Assembly: GCA_013265495.1 (NCBI GenBank)
Contig: MU058153.1
Span: forward strand, 1,552,001-1,616,000
DNA: 64,000 nt
Reading direction: 5' to 3'
DNA from: Vicugna vicugna
Taxonomy: Eukaryota
How positions within the stretch are numbered: the first letter of the stretch is position 1; the number at the start of each line of letters is the position of its first letter. Shown here piece by piece: positions 1 through 13,680 of the stretch. The translations under genes and the position numbers were made by a program. The notes under the pieces were generated by a model. That model worked only from the letters and a program-made list of their open reading frames with translations, was not told where the DNA came from and made no database searches.

Positions 1-1537
1 CTCTTGGAATGCCAGGCCTTTTGCTTATCCAAATGTACACATGCTACTAAATCTCATGTCCACATCACCTTCATGGAATCCTTACAATTTATTGGTTGCC
101 TCTGAACACCAGCCTACTTGGAATTATCCACACAGTCACATACACATTCACTCAAGATAACACACTGGCATTGGCGTGGGACCATTATTTATGTTGGGGA
201 TGTCTTAGCCCAGCATTTCAAAGAATCAGCGTTAAGCAGTTACAGAGTGGAACAAGTTCCTTTGTAGGTAAATTTCATACAGTTGTTGGTGAACATACTT
301 AAAATCATATATTATTAGAGCTGAAATGACCTTAAAGATTCTCTTTCCCAGCATCCTACTATAAAATGAGCCCCAGACATCCATCCATCTATAATCTACC
401 TATCTATCTATGTATCTATGTATCTCCTTCCTAAGGATTAACGAGCAGTTGGGAGTTGGCTATCAGCTCCTCCCAGCTAGTCATCAACCCAAAGAAGCAT
501 GGTCATTAACTGCATGATCAACTTTTTGAAATCAAATCCTTCTCTACTTACCTTGCCAAGGACTTACGTTTAAGAAGGGCTTTTTAGATTTTCCAAAGCT
601 TCTTTAATTACTTGCCCTTCATTAACCTGGACAGAAAATATATATAAATATTAATGTACATATATAAGTATATATAAAAGGACCGATGTTAGCCCCTGTG
701 GACTGACAGGAGAAAGTCATGAGGAGAAAAAAATAATTTTTCATATTTTGATTAAACATTTGAAGACCTCCACTCTCTTTTATTTGCTTTCTTTTTAACC
801 CCCTTTTCAAAATGAATGTCTAGAGAGAATCATTCTATTGTACATCCTGAGAGGCCAAAATTCTTGTCCAGTTTTTGCGATTTAACTTCCTCTAACATTA
901 TATTTTTTTGAAGGGGGATTCTTATTGGGGTTTTGGTTAATGGAATATTTTTCTCTCATTCCTCTTATACAGTTGATCTTCACTAATAATAATAAACATG
1001 CTATGTATTTTCTCCTTTGGCATCAGTCATGATCACCCCAAATATTCTAAGAGATAGAAAAACATTAACAATTCAGCTACACTATCTCAGTGCATTTTCC
1101 TTTGAGGAATAAACTATGGCAAAATGAAGGAAAATTCTGGAGCAGAGAAGTCCCCATTTCTTTTTGGTTGAGGAAGCTCAGGGCCCCACTTCACCATGCA
1201 GTATCCTGAATCTTACACTGACACAAGTTCCTTAAAGAAATGACAGCATGTGACAAACTGTCCCCCGAGTACCAATGTTTCAGGTATGTGACAAGGATCA
1301 TTATCACCAAGGAAGACTGCATTCCAAGACCTTTCCCAATGGACATTCGTCTTGAAGAATTTACTCAAGACCTGGGTCTAGTCCTTGGCTTTTTACCCTC
1401 AGAAGTGCAATTTTGGTAGCTCATCATAAGGGGGTTGTAGTCACACTCACTAAACACATAAGAAATGGATATGTAGAAGAGAATGCCAATTTGCTAAATT
1501 ATAGTTAGAACTCTAACAGATCCTTCAAGTACTTCAG

Positions 1538-1725
1538 TCTGTCAAAGCTTTCCATGTAGAACTTAAACTTTTTTGGAATCCTAAATCTCTTTGCAAATGT
1601 GATGATAAAACCAATGAATAATCTTACTACAAAAATACACAATCACATTTATACAAAAATTTGCACATAATTTTAAGAGATTCACAAATGGTTTAAAATC
1701 CATTTATGAATGTCTTAGGAGCCCA
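1538..1725. mobile_element. Degraded hAT-Charlie-type MITE fragment
   Basis: AAACTTTTTTGGAATCC...AAAAATACACAATCACATTTATACAAAAATTTGCACATAATTTTAAGAGATTCACA resembles remembered hAT-Charlie MITE consensus; ends not resolved. Confidence 0.35.
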
Positions 1726-1876
1726 TCAACTGAGCTATGCATTTTCATGGAAAAGAAAATTATAATTAAATAAGGTGGTTGTTGAGAAATCAAACGAAGA
1801 AATTATGATTATATGATTCAAATTGCTTTAGCATCAGATTATAATAGTCTGATGTATCAATCGTTCTCCATAATTG

Positions 1877-2533
1877 TGATGCAGGAAAAATGGATGTGGG
1901 GTGTGAAGTGGGCCATGTCCCAGGTCTCAGCTGAGTCGCTGGGATGTGCCCTGCCAAGTGTGAGTCCTTGGCTTAGCGCAGGAAAGAAGAATTCAAGAGC
2001 GAGCCACAGTTGAGTAAAGGTAGATTTATTTAGAGAGATACATACTGCATAGAGTGTAGGCTGTTTCAAAAGGCAAAAGAAAGGCCAGGAGGTGGGGGGT
2101 TGGGTGCTCAGATTAGAGTAAAAGTAGCTACGCACTCCGTAGACAGAGTGTGGGCTATCTCTGAAGATGAGGGAGCAACAAGCGGCCACAAGGCGCGGTG
2201 CTGCCAATTTTTATGGACTCAGTAGCTCCACGCCTCCATGTGGGAGGACTATTCCAGCTGCCCTGAGGAGGGGGCTGGGATTCCCAGGAACTGGGCCACC
2301 GCCTACTCTTTGACCTTCTGTGGTTAGCCTTGGGACTGTCATGTCTGTGGACATGTCATTTATCATGCTAATATGTTACAGTGAGCACAGAATGAAACTC
2401 AAGCTCCACTAGAAGTCTAATCTTCCACCATCTTAATCCTCAAGGCCTACTGGGGTTGAATCTTCCGCCATCTTGGCATTAGCTGTTGTCATTCCTTGAA
2501 TGGCTGTGCCCTGCCCCCTTCCCTCCTGTCTCA
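1877..2533 (-). mobile_element. Solo ERV1-like LTR (copy A), intronic, antisense to LRRC4C
   Basis: TG...CA termini, exact 4-bp TSD ATTG (1873-1876 and 2534-2537), minus-strand AATAAA (2025-2030) and TATA-like CATAAAAA (2208-2215), YY1-type CCGCCATCTT (2465-2474); homologous end to end with 43695-44347. Confidence 0.92.
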
Positions 2534-2829
2534 ATTGGACTTTAGCTGTCACCAGGACTGGACAAACAATAATAAAAGCAATAACAAACGTTCATATAGG
2601 GTTGATGACACACCAGGCACTGTTCTAAATCCTTCCTTATTTATATTAACTCGTAGTGTCCTCACAGTTAAAGGGTACATAAGTCAAAGTATCCAGCCTA
2701 TAGGTACTTTTACAAATGCAGACTACACACATTTGAATCTCTGATTTTTAAAAGTCTCCATATTTCATTAGTGCTCCCTAAGTAGTTGGTAATCTACACC
2801 GTCCCACCTTTTCTTGAGCCCGTTTATTT

Positions 2830-2945
2830 TTCCTTCCTTCCTTCCTTTCTCCCTCCCTTCCTTCTTGCCCTCCTTCCTTCTGCCTGCCTGCCTCCCTCCG
2901 TCCCCTACTCCTTTCCTTCTCCCTGTCTCTCTCTCTCTCTCTATC
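2830..2945. repeat. CT-rich low-complexity tract ((TTCC)n/(CT)n)
   Basis: Direct reading: TTCCTTCCTTCCTTCC...CTCTCTCTCTCT. Confidence 0.9.
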
Positions 2946-3319
2946 CTCATTTAATACACAGATATTTCATATATACCATGAGCCCAGTACTTGGATGTGT
3001 TATTTAGGATACAGCTTATTGCCAGTAAGGATAGGTTCTTAATCTAATCTTTTGTTTTCAGTCATCCTTCTATATGCTGATTTTTGGTAATCTACTTTTT
3101 CACAGTGTTAATTTCTTTATAAGGGATTTTTTGTTTGTTTTTCGGTCGAGGTTGGGAGGGCAAGAAGTTATGATTAAGCATCCTCTTAACCATTTTCACT
3201 AAGTTTTATACCATTTTTATTTTTGGGGTTCACATGTGGATCTTATCAATAGACCTTGATAAAATTAACAGATCACCCTGGCTCCTGACCATGAATTGAA
3301 TCGTGGACTACTTTCAGTA

Positions 3320-3760
3320 ATGCGATTCAGCAAATATTTCCTGAATGCCTAGACACCATCCGGTTTCTGCCTTTAAGAAGCTCATGACTAAATAGGTTGA
3401 ATGCATTGCCAAACATTTGCTTTCAAACACAGATGTGATAAATGCTGTAGTCTTGGCATTACAGATACTTGGGGAAGGATGGATGGATTAATCCTGGCCA
3501 GTAAAATCCAGGAGGATCTAGTAGAAACGGGCCGTTGTAAAATTGGCTCTGAAGTTGGCTACAATTTTGAAAGAAAAATCAGGGTAGGACATTCCAGGGC
3601 ATGGGAAAAACAGGAGCAAGGCTCTGAAGAGGAGCAGTAGGGAATGTATTTTTAGACCCAGAAACAGACTGCAGCCTAGACTGCACTTGGAGAACAGTGG
3701 GCGATGAGCCTGGGGGAAGCAGCGTGGCTCACATCATGGAGTGGCTCACATGTCACACCA
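3320..3760 (-). mobile_element. L2 LINE fragment
   Basis: ATTCAGCAAATATTTCCTGAATGCCTA start and purine-rich body typical of the reverse-complemented L2 3' end. Confidence 0.45.
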
Positions 3761-3763
3761 AGG

Positions 3764-3870
3764 CAGGTGCTTTCAAGAGGGCACAAATGCCCCAGGGGAC
3801 ATTTGGTAATATCCAGAGACACTCTAGATTGTCACAAGTGGGGGTGCTACTGGCATCTCATGGGTAGAGG
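3764..3870 (+). mobile_element. MER20 (hAT-Charlie) fragment
   Basis: CCCAGGGGACATTTGGTAATATCCAGAGACACT...TTGTCACAAGTGGGGGTGCTACTGGCATCTCATGGGTAGAGG matches remembered MER20 core. Confidence 0.8.
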
Positions 3871-5090
3871 ATGTACAAGAGTTAGGCTTCTTCTGTCATC
3901 ACTGGGGAACTGCTGTTGGGTTGTGGTTTCTGCGACTGTTATTATGGAGTCCTTGTGTGTTGTCAAAGTGTGCAAAATGTTACTCTGAAAATCTCCCTTA
4001 GGAATAATATAAAAAGAAAAGAACAATTTGGGAGATAAGGAATAGCATGTATTAATCATTTGGTGGATCCTGAGTCTGAGAAAAAAAGAAAGACCGAAAA
4101 AGCAAAAGGGGAGAAGGGAAGTTCTCATGCATCCGTTAGAGCGCCAGACTTAAAAATATTAGCGCGAAAGAGGACGCAGGCATTGTTACAAACAGGCACA
4201 TTTCCCATCATTGGAACAGTCTGATTTCATTTCCTGCAGAATGAAATATCAAGCAGTGTATAGATCTTGAGGTTTTAAGATTTTTTCCCCTTGGTTATGC
4301 ATTTCACTAAACCAACACAGCAAGCAGCTATCGTAAAAATGAAAACATATCCCCGAACACCTCAAACCCCACCCTTTCATTTGAGAAATCAAGTAGTCAT
4401 CTATATTTCATTTCTTCATAAATAATCAACCTCAAAAAGTGAGTATGATCAAAAGGATTCATAAACAGCCCAAAGCTTCGTACCACGGATGCTTATCTCC
4501 TGCATCATGTGAGGCCAAACAAGCAGGGAAGAACAAATTAATTTTATTTTTAGCCTTCCCAAGTGTTCGGTTATATTTCTAGGTCTGCTTTTCTAACATG
4601 AAGTAGATTTGGCTTTTTGTTGGCGAGACAAAGTCGGAGCTGCTGCCGCCTACCCCAATCCCTTGCCTAATCCATCTTGTTCCTTTGGATCGTGGCAGAA
4701 GAATTAGGAGATGTTTTTCACCCAAGGATTTTCTAATTAATGTTTCCAATGTGTTCTAGAAACAGGAATGTAATGGTCAAGAGGCTCTTCCATTTTAAAG
4801 AAGATTTGAAAATGATTTGACTTTCTGCCTGTAAGAATTCTTGTTCTCTGCGCTCAGTGGTCTGAGCTAATGGAGCGACCTGAAAGCTCAAACTTCCCTG
4901 GTTCTGAAGGACACGCAGGTGCCATGAGCAGCAAATCATGAAAACAACTTAATGCATCATCTACATTGGAATTTTCAAGGGAATCATGTTATTTTAGGCA
5001 CATACAGCAGAGGGCATTGTCTGGCCAAACTTAAAACAGGGATGTTATCGACAGTAATACAGAGAAAGAAATAGGGAAGATCTCCCCTGG

Positions 5091-5092
<2 letters not shown>

Positions 5093-5128
<36 letters not shown>

Positions 5129-5131
5129 ACA
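5093..5131. repeat. (CA)n microsatellite
   Basis: About 19 CA units with one TA interruption. Confidence 0.97.
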
Positions 5132-5384
5132 AAGCCAAAGAGAGCAAGGAGACAGTGAAATGACCTTTATATTGCTTTATTCTCTCCAGTTTTTCTTTGA
5201 ACAAAGGACTTCGAGGAAAATAACTAAAAACCAGACAAGCATCATTCCAGAAATTAGTGAAGTTTCTCCTATGTGAGTTGGACTCTACTAGATGCAAAGG
5301 AGTGAGGAAGTATGACGTTATTTGGGTCCTCAGTGAGTTTATAGCCTTGACTATCTACACACTGCTTTTGTCTGCTTGAACACC

Positions 5385-6260
5385 CATTCATTGGTTCGTG
5401 CACTTAACAAATGTTAGATGAGTATTTCTCTGGGAGAAGATCACTAGGGTTGATAAGATGTTCCTCCAAGGAACTGAACGTTCTGTGCAGATAAGACAGG
5501 CTCTAAGAAAATATACATGGACGTATGTGAGAAAAGTATCAAATTACAAGCACAGTGATGAAAAATTTAAGATAGTAACTTAATTGACAATGATGGAGTA
5601 TCTACTGTAGGCTGGGTGATCAAGAAAGAATTTTCTGAGAAGGTAAAATTTAAACGGAATCTTGAATGACCAGAAAAATCGACCGTCTAAAAATCAAAGG
5701 ACACGTGTTGCAGGCAGAGGGAACCTTGTGCAAAGGCGTGGAGTATTTGAGGAACAAAGGTAATTCAATATGATTGAAGAGAGAAGGGAAATGAAGAGAA
5801 GTTGAGGATAGGGGAGGTTAGGCAAATATCAGATAATCATGTGTTGGTGGCCAAAACAATTTATATTTTGTTCTAAACGGGTATGAAGCTAATAGAAGCA
5901 TTTTCAATTGAAGAATGACATGAATATATTTATGGTTTTAAACTTCACTCTAAATGTCGAATGAAGAATTAATTGTGGTAAAGTCATGGCAAAAGGCGAG
6001 AACTGCTAAGAGGGTATTTCAGTGGTCCGGGTGAGAAGCGAAGATGATTGTGTCCAGAGAAGGACAACGAGGAAAAGTAGACCAATCCAGTTATATTTTA
6101 ATAGTAAAGTCAGAAGTCAGATGAACAGGGTTGTGCGGAATGTAAACAGAGAAAAGGAAAAGGCAAGGTGGAATCTTACATTTTTGCCTTGAGCAGTTGG
6201 ATGTGTGGTAATGGCATTTTTGAAGGGGCCGGGACAGGTTCGGGAATTTTCTTTCAGTAT
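5385..6260 (-). mobile_element. L2 LINE fragment
   Basis: CATTCATT...AACAAATGTT...GAGTAT at the left end and L2-like blocks such as TTTTTGCCTTGAGCAGTTGGATG. Confidence 0.65.
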
Positions 6261-6899
6261 ATGCTACACCATTTAATTAATGTCATTCTCTCAATGTCTA
6301 TAAATGTTATCGTCACTCCCCCTTAGGGAAGGTGCAGCTCAGAGGAGGCCAGTTTACCAAAGACTGAAGAGTAATAAATACTTCCCCAAGCCTCTAACCC
6401 ATCTCATTTTCACTCTAAATCTGGTTTTTGTCCCACTAGGTTTAGCTAATATAGATAGGGTGTCTTTCTATGCTTTCAACGTTGTTTCAAGTTGGAAAGC
6501 GCAGTATATGTCATCAAGGAACCAAAAACAAGTATGTGTTTAGTAGTCCTTCGTGTATAATTCACAGTGTGGACATGCGTAGCACCAGAGATCAAAGATG
6601 CATCTTTCCTTATTCGTGTACCAGAGTTTCCAAAGTGATACCCTGCCCCCTCTGTGTGATCTGGTATTTTTTCACGTGACCACATACAGAAGCTAATTTT
6701 GCCTTTATTGGTGTTTCATGCTCTACAGGATTTCAACTAGGGCTGATTAATTGGAAGCTACACACATCTCAATAGTTAGGTAATCAGATTGAAGATCGGT
6801 TCCTTGCAGTTCTAAAGTAACAAAGGGATGTTGATTACTGAAGTCATCTGACTTTTCCATCAACAACTCGTCACTCCCATTTCTTTTATGTACAAGGGC

Positions 6900-7450
6900 A
6901 GAGCCTTCCTAAAGTAATGCTGTCACCAATGCCCTTTCCTGTTCAAGAGCCTGGAGTCTCTCCCGAAGTTTCTTTCACAAAGCAAATCCAAACTCTCCTA
7001 CCAGCCATGCAGTACGCCTCATCTGTGCCAGCTTCACCATCTAAATGCTACAATATAAGCCTTCTGCTTCTAGTAAGTCAGTTTTCTTTTATTTCACACC
7101 CCTACTCCTCTGCTTTTCCAAGGCATCTCTTACCTCCTCCACCACCACCCTGCCTCAGTGCAAGTCTATATCCCCTTAAGGACCTACAGAAAATCCCAAA
7201 TCCTCTTCTTAAAACTTTCTCTGATTATCTATGACTTCTGAAAACATTTTGTGGCATTTAAATATCGAATAGATTGATTTACATGAATACCTAGATGCAT
7301 ATATGCACGCATTTTATTCTTTAGTATTATCTATGCATTTGTATTATAGCACCAACAAGACTGTAAAGTTCTAGAAATCATGGTCACCTTTGCTCTTTTG
7401 TATCCCTTATTATACTTTCCAGAACTTAGCAACATGTTGGCCACATAGCT
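6900..7450 (+). mobile_element. L2 LINE 3' fragment
   Basis: Pyrimidine-rich body ending AGACTGTAAAGTTCTAGAA...CAGAACTTAGCAACATGTTGGCCACATAG. Confidence 0.55.
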
Positions 7451-8214
7451 TGTTTTGTTTTGTTTTGTTTCTTGCTTTTCTTTTTTTAATACATAGTTCT
7501 CTCCACTCAATGCTTTTTTTTTTCTTTCTTAAATCTAATGATATTGCAATCCTGTCACCTCTAAACACTAAACATGGATTCTTTTACTATAAAGTCGGGT
7601 AAATCTTCTAGAAAAAATGAAAACACAGACCCAGGTTTTTTGTTTTTCCTTTATATCTCAATTTTTAAAAATCCCAACATTTTGTAGGAACGTTGCGAGA
7701 TCAGTGTGTGTGTGGTCAGAGAGCCTCCTGTTAACTTGACAGGTTGAGTGCCTGGGTCACAGCGCATTTAACTGTTGTATCATTTCCATTACTTTTGCCT
7801 TGAGGGTCAGCCCTGGGCATATTTACAAAATTTCTCTTTCTCTGAAAAATCTGCAGAGCCACATATTCCTGCATAAGGAGTTGGAAAGCTCAACAGATTT
7901 GCAAAATTGGGTTTCAAGTGGAGGGAGAGAAAAAAAAAAAGAACTCTGTTGAAATATATGTAAGATAAATTTGATTGAGAAGGGAGGGTGAGCTAGCTTT
8001 GATAATAGTGTTATTCAATTTGTTGTTTTTTTCCTTTTCCTGTGTGAGCTAGCACTCTTTAAAATTTAAAGAGCTATCCAGAGGAATGATTACAATAGAA
8101 AGACTTCTTAGCGAGGTGGGGATAAGCCTCACCTCCTTTCTTATAAGCACCTCGTGTTGCCTCAGCTTGCTTTGTTCACCTTGGTAGGTCTCTAATATGG
8201 TAGGAAGACTAATA

Positions 8215-9140
8215 TGAAAATATCAGAGTAGGTTTGGCTGTAAGTAAACAGAAGAATAATGAACTCTTTATACTGTAAGGAATTGACCACTTTACATAAT
8301 AATAAAATACAGAGGAAAAGCCATTTCAGGAGTCATTAATTGAGCTGCTTATCACAATATTGAGAATGCAGATTTTCCCCCTCTTCACATTTTTTCCTTC
8401 CTAAGCATATCAGCTTTGTCCTCAGGCTGCCTCGCCACAAGATGGCTGCAGCAACTCCAGGCATCAAACGCCCAACATTATCCAGAAAAAGAATAAAGAA
8501 TGACTCCTTCCCCATGTTTTTCTTCATATTAGTGGGAGAACAAAAAATTCCCAGCAGCCCCTCAGCTGAAGTCTCCTCGCATCTCATTGACCAAACTGTG
8601 TCACATGTCCAGACCTAACCAATCTCTGGCAATAGGCGTGGTGCAGCCAATGTTTGCTTAGACAAGAATTTAGCAAATTGTACTCCAAAGGTTAGCCCAC
8701 CATCTGTTTTTGTGTGCCCTGGAAGCTCAGATTCTTTTGGAAGTTTTAAATAGTTGAAAAAAAATTTAAGAATATTTTGAGACATATGAAAATTACATAA
8801 ATTCAAATTTCAGTGCCCATAAATGGTTTAACTGGAACATAGCCATGCGCTTTTATTTACCTCTTATCTAGAGCAACTTTCAAGCTACAGTGGCGACGTA
8901 GAGTAGTTGCAACACGAGACCATCTGGCTGTAAAGCCTAAACTATTTACTCTCTGGCCCTTTACAGAAAAAGTTTGCCTAGTTCTAACGTAAGCCAAATT
9001 CTATTCATCCATTAATACTGAGTCAGCCTTTCCCAAAGCAGATGATATAGTTTTGTGATTTGGGGGAGAGAGAGATGAGAGGGACTTTTTCTGAACAAAA
9101 TTTTCTAGGGAAAGAGTAAGGATGTTAAGTAGGAAACAAA
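8215..9140 (-). mobile_element. Old MaLR LTR (MLT1K/J-like), interrupted by MER58B
   Basis: CACAAGATGGCTGCAGCAACTCCAGGCATCA and TCTCATTGACCAAACTGTGTCACATGTCCAGACCTAACCAATC are characteristic MLT1 blocks. Confidence 0.7.
8662..8985 (+). mobile_element. MER58B-like hAT-Charlie MITE
   Basis: ATATGAAAATTACATAAATTCAAATTTCAGTGCCCATAAA...AAAGCCTAAACTATTTACTCTCTGGCCCTTTACAGAAAAAGTTTGCC. Confidence 0.8.
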
Positions 9141-9291
9141 TAAATAAATATATGTATGTATTATCTATATCCATATATGTATATAGCGAGAGAGGCTGCA
9201 GGAGAAAGAGAAAAAGAGATTGAAGTTCAAGTATATTTTAAGTGAATAACCCATCTTTGGTTTTATTTAAAAAAAAAATGATTATGAAGAA

Positions 9292-9720
9292 TGTAACCAG
9301 CGCAATCTGTTGTTGAGACCGAGCCGAGCTTTTTGCTTACTAAGGGAAGGCCCCATCCCGCAGAAGTCCAGGAGCGTCGCTGTGTGGAGTGGTGAAGATT
9401 AAGCCAGAATATATTGAGAACTGGAAGTCTGATTTTTAGGGGGATTTTTCAAGGTGGGAACTTGATTAGGACCCTGTAAAAATTATGATACAGCAATCCA
9501 GGGTTGCCACGTGAGGCAGAAGAGTGGAGAAGAAGCTTAGGGGAGACTGCCATGAATGCTTTCCAGGAAAGAGCTGATGGGTCTTTGGGCAAGTTATCGT
9601 AAGGACAATGGACCTATTTGCTTTGGCAGGAGAGCCCAGAAGAAGATAGAGACGCTAATAAAGACAATGGAAGGGCAGAGTCACGCTGCCGTTGGTCGTA
9701 AGGTATGGTCTGAGGTCTCA
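9292..9720. mobile_element. Possible old LTR
   Basis: Starts TGTAACC, abrupt rise in GC/CpG, LTR-like composition; no TSD found. Confidence 0.3.
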
Positions 9721-10479
9721 GTGTCCATTCCGAGTGTGGGGATAATGGCGTTGCTTCTCAATGTTTAGGGAGGTTTGTTGCAGATCCATATGAGTACGAG
9801 TGTGTGGTCTGTTGAGATGGGAGGAGTGACTGCGGTTAACTAAATTTATCTTTTTCCCACCTCACTTGCAAACTAGTTCCAATGTCCTGACATAGTGTAT
9901 GCTGACTTAGCAATGATCCTGTACTAAATACAGCATCCCCACCAGCTACTCTGCCTCATGCAGTTTCCTCTGCGTCCCTTGGAGCACTGACGCATGGGTA
10001 AGGCAAGAGGCAAGGTCTGTCGACAAAGTCAGGCTATCCTCTGGGACAAGGCTAAAAGTATTATGGTTTAATTCAAAACCCACACAGATCCATTTGTAAA
10101 TAAAGGCTGTGAGATGACATCGTAATGGATAGCGCATACCTTTAAATTGATTTCCTTTTGATGTGATAAAAACATCTTCTGAAGGAGATGTTGAAACGTG
10201 GCTTTTGCTGTAAAGTAACATAATTTAGATTTTAAAATAGAAAACCTTTTGTTGGCAGTAGTTTATTTGATTCAGTGCATGTACCAAGCTTTATTTGCTG
10301 CAGGTTATAAATTAGCTTTGAACCAGCTATAATTCATAAATCATTACTTACGACTGATTTATAGGAAATCTTATTAATTGCACCAGCAAAAAGACCTTGA
10401 AGTAAGCAAGAAGTAGATGATAAAATAACCTGGGGACTGAAAAATGGGAGGCACGCATACTGTACAATTAAGAGCAATG

Positions 10480-10860
10480 TATATACTATTTGTGTATGTT
10501 TTACTGATAGTATGTTTCTGATCACTTCAGTAAATCCTTACCACAACTTTGAATAATAGGGGTTATTGTTATTCCTGTCTATCAGAGGAAGAAGCTGAGT
10601 GTCCATTCACTTTATTTTTAATATGTATTAACTATTTATTATAAATTACTATTAGCCAGTGACTGTCTACATTATGTGACAGTGCTAACAAAACCCTTTT
10701 TGAGTAGGCAACAATGTTGTTTCCCTTGTACAGACGGAGAAGGTGAGTCACAGAGAGGTGAAGTCACTTTCCCAACTGCAGGGTCATGGAGACTCAAGCA
10801 GGCGTATAACTTCCAGAAGTCTTCATCACAGCCTTCTCTCTTGACCACTGGACACGGCTG
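10480..10860 (-). mobile_element. MIR fragments (two)
   Basis: TAAATCCTTACCACAAC...GAGGAAGAAGCTGAG and ACAGACGGAGAAGGTGAGTCACAGAGAGGTGAAGTCACTTTCCCAA core. Confidence 0.7.
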
Positions 10861-10912
10861 CCTTTGTTGTTTCCTATTTTAAAGGGAAAACAATAGCAAA
10901 TGGCAGAGTAAG

Positions 10913-11480
10913 TGTTACCCCAGAAGGAAAGGAAAAAGACCTCAGTTCTTGTCATCCTCAAAAGATAAGATTACAGATGGGAGACGGACAGTGTTGTGTC
11001 GTGAAAGATTTTAAAGGATTCATTTAGGAAAAGAAAGTCCATCTCCAAGAAGGGGAGGTGGGCTGATCCAAGGGGGAAAGCAGGGGTCTTTGTCTCCCCT
11101 TTCTCTTACACCCGCACTCAGAGGTGGTCTCTTGATTGATTGACAGCTCTTGCCCCTGGAATGCTTAGTCATGTTCGGCCCCTTTGTGCATGTCCTTATC
11201 TACGGTGTACACAGAAAAAGACATCCCTCCCCCTGGTGGGGGGCGGGGGGAGGCTAAACTGCAATGTTAATTATATTACAATGAGCACTGGGGCCTGTCC
11301 AGTCAAGTCCTTCTTGCTACCCAGCAGTGGTGGCTGTTGGATTTTAACCAGTATTTTGCTGACACTCATTTAGAAGAGGTACAGCCCCTTTATGCTGGAG
11401 GCAGGCATACGACCATCTTCCAGATCATCCTCCCTCTCCACCTATCTGCCCAGTGCCCCCCTTTATCTGACTACCTAACA
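10913..11480 (-). mobile_element. Solo ERV1-like LTR, a different family from 1877-2533
   Basis: Inverted termini TGTTA...TAACA and exact 4-bp TSD TAAG (10909-10912 and 11481-11484); GC-rich with GC box GGGGCGGGG. Strand is inferred. Confidence 0.85.
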
Positions 11481-13019
11481 TAAGGACTTAGCTCTTTCAC
11501 ATTTGTGCTATTTCCAGTCAACCAGTTATTTTGACCTGTGCTGCCAGAGACCCGAGGGTTCCAGAGAGAGTCATGGGGTGGGAAGTGGGAGGAGGAATGA
11601 TGGAGCAGGGCCCTAGGACCCCAACTCTAAAAAAAATGGGTCAGTTACTGCATGAAGATTTTATGTGCCATTATTTTTTCTTTTTCCTTTTTCTTTCTTA
11701 AATTAAAAAAAATGTGTTTTGGGGAGAGGGGAGTATATAAACAAAAAAACACTAAATCACATGAATGAAAAATTTTCAGTGATCATGATCACTGACAATT
11801 TAAATAGCATTCTACCTAAAATGGAAATATCCAAGGGTTTTTAAAGTCATGTTTAAATTCACAATGAAAGATAACTCCTAACTCAGGAGAAGCCTCCCAA
11901 CCACATTGTTGTGGTCTGAATGATTGCAGTGGCTTCTGGGAGAGAGGGGCTGTCCTATTTGCCTGGAATCTAGCCCTGGGATGATGAGGGCAGAGGGATA
12001 GTGGCCCAAGAGTAGGAGCCCCTGAGAACCTGATACCGACAGTGGTTGGGATACAGGCTTCAGACTGATTAATTTGAATATGGAAGGCCTGCCTGTGGGC
12101 CAGTCCTTTACTGTCTCCAGGAATCCCCAGGATCAGGAAGCAAAATATCAGAAAGTACAGAAAATAAAAAGCATGATTAATGCATTGTACACATCACTAC
12201 ACACATGCAAAGTGTTGGAATTAGGTATTAACTGTTTCGCACATTTTCAACAGTCTTTTTATTTAGTTCCTACAACATGCCAGGTACCGTGTTGTCAGTA
12301 GGCTAAAAAGAGACCCTGAGACATGGCCTCAGTCCTCAGGAAGCTCACAGCTGGTGCCGGAAACAGAGCCAGGGACAGCCGTGGTACTGGATGGTGTGCA
12401 AGTCAGCCCAGAGCTGCTAAAGCCCTGGGGAAGGAAGCAAACTGGTTTGCCGCCAAAGGAAAAGTAACAACTTAGAAGGTACTGGTGAAGTTTCTTTGCT
12501 GCCATAGGGAAGGAGACAAAAACCAGCGTCTGAAGCCAGAAAGCAATCAGTGGCTTTAAACCTCATCTTCTTGAGACTCAAGTCCCTTTCTGCTGTTCTG
12601 TGACTGTGGGGATACGTTAAGGGTTGCCGATGGCAGATACTTTTTCCTAGTAAAGCATCTTCTTCTATTATTGGAAAAGAGCCTCTTCTCCGTCTTGTGT
12701 ACCCTATGAAAATGTGATTGTTCACAAATGCTAATTTGCATTGAGAACCTCACTACAGGTAACAGGGTTACGTCCTAAAGAGGAGACAGCCCTTCGCTCC
12801 TCAAGACCGTGGAGGGTGGGCATGGAAGTGATGGCCAAGAGCCTCCCCATGTCTCTGGCATTGATTTCTCTCCAAAGCTCACTTGGAGCAACTGGAAGAT
12901 CTTCCTCATTTGTCTCCTTGCTGCTGGTTTTTTCCAAAGCTTTTCTACCTCCCGTATTGGTCTAACATGACCATTCTTAAAAACAAAGCTGATGGCAGCA
13001 TTTCTTTCTATAAACAAAA

Positions 13020-13480
13020 TGTGTCACCTACAGAATAAAATGAGAGCTCTTAAGTTTAACATACCCATCTCTCCAGTCTGGACCCGATCTCTTCCCAGCT
13101 TCTTTCTCATTCTTTTCCCTAGGCCTTCCGTTCTCCTGTCACGGGGAACTTTTTATGATTCCTTGGTGTTACGAGCATCCTTCATGTGTTCGTGACTTGT
13201 CTCAGGCTGGTCCCTCCACTCTTCTTTCCTTTCTTTACCGACTTCATCTACAAAATCTACATCAGACGACCCTCCTCTTTGAAAATCCCTGACTTGCCAG
13301 CATAGATTGGGTGGCTCTGACTTCAGTACCCTTGTGCCAGTGTGGTTTGGTCTCATAGCAATTATTGCTCTTCATCTATTTGCCCATCTGTCTCACCTTT
13401 TGAATTTTAATTCCCCCAAGGATGAGCATTATACTCTTTTACCTTTGTATGTCCAGTACTTAGCAAAATGTCTGGCTAAG
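13020..13480 (+). mobile_element. L2 LINE 3' fragment
   Basis: Pyrimidine-rich body ending CTTTGTATGTCCAGTACTTAGCAAAATGTCTGGC. Confidence 0.55.
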
Positions 13481-13509
13481 GGAAACAACAAAACAATAAT
13501 AGTAAGAAT

Positions 13510-13680
13510 AATAATACTTATTATCTAACATTGTTGAGTTCTTTGCATAAGGAAGGCATTTTTCTAAGCTCTTTATGAATGGTAACTAATTTTATTCTCA
13601 TATCAACACTAAAGGTTATGTAATATTCTCATTCCCATTTTGTAAGTGAGACAGGATTAGTAACCTGCCCAAGGTGACAC
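13510..13680 (-). mobile_element. MIR
   Basis: ATTCCCATTTTGTAAGTGAGA...AGTAACCTGCCCAAGGTGACAC core. Confidence 0.7.

Noticed and set aside
1813..2013. Similar peptides in ORFs 1813-2013/43529-43867 and 1857-2207/43681-43884 suggesting a duplicated gene
   Set aside because: The similarity is fully explained by the two copies of the same LTR.
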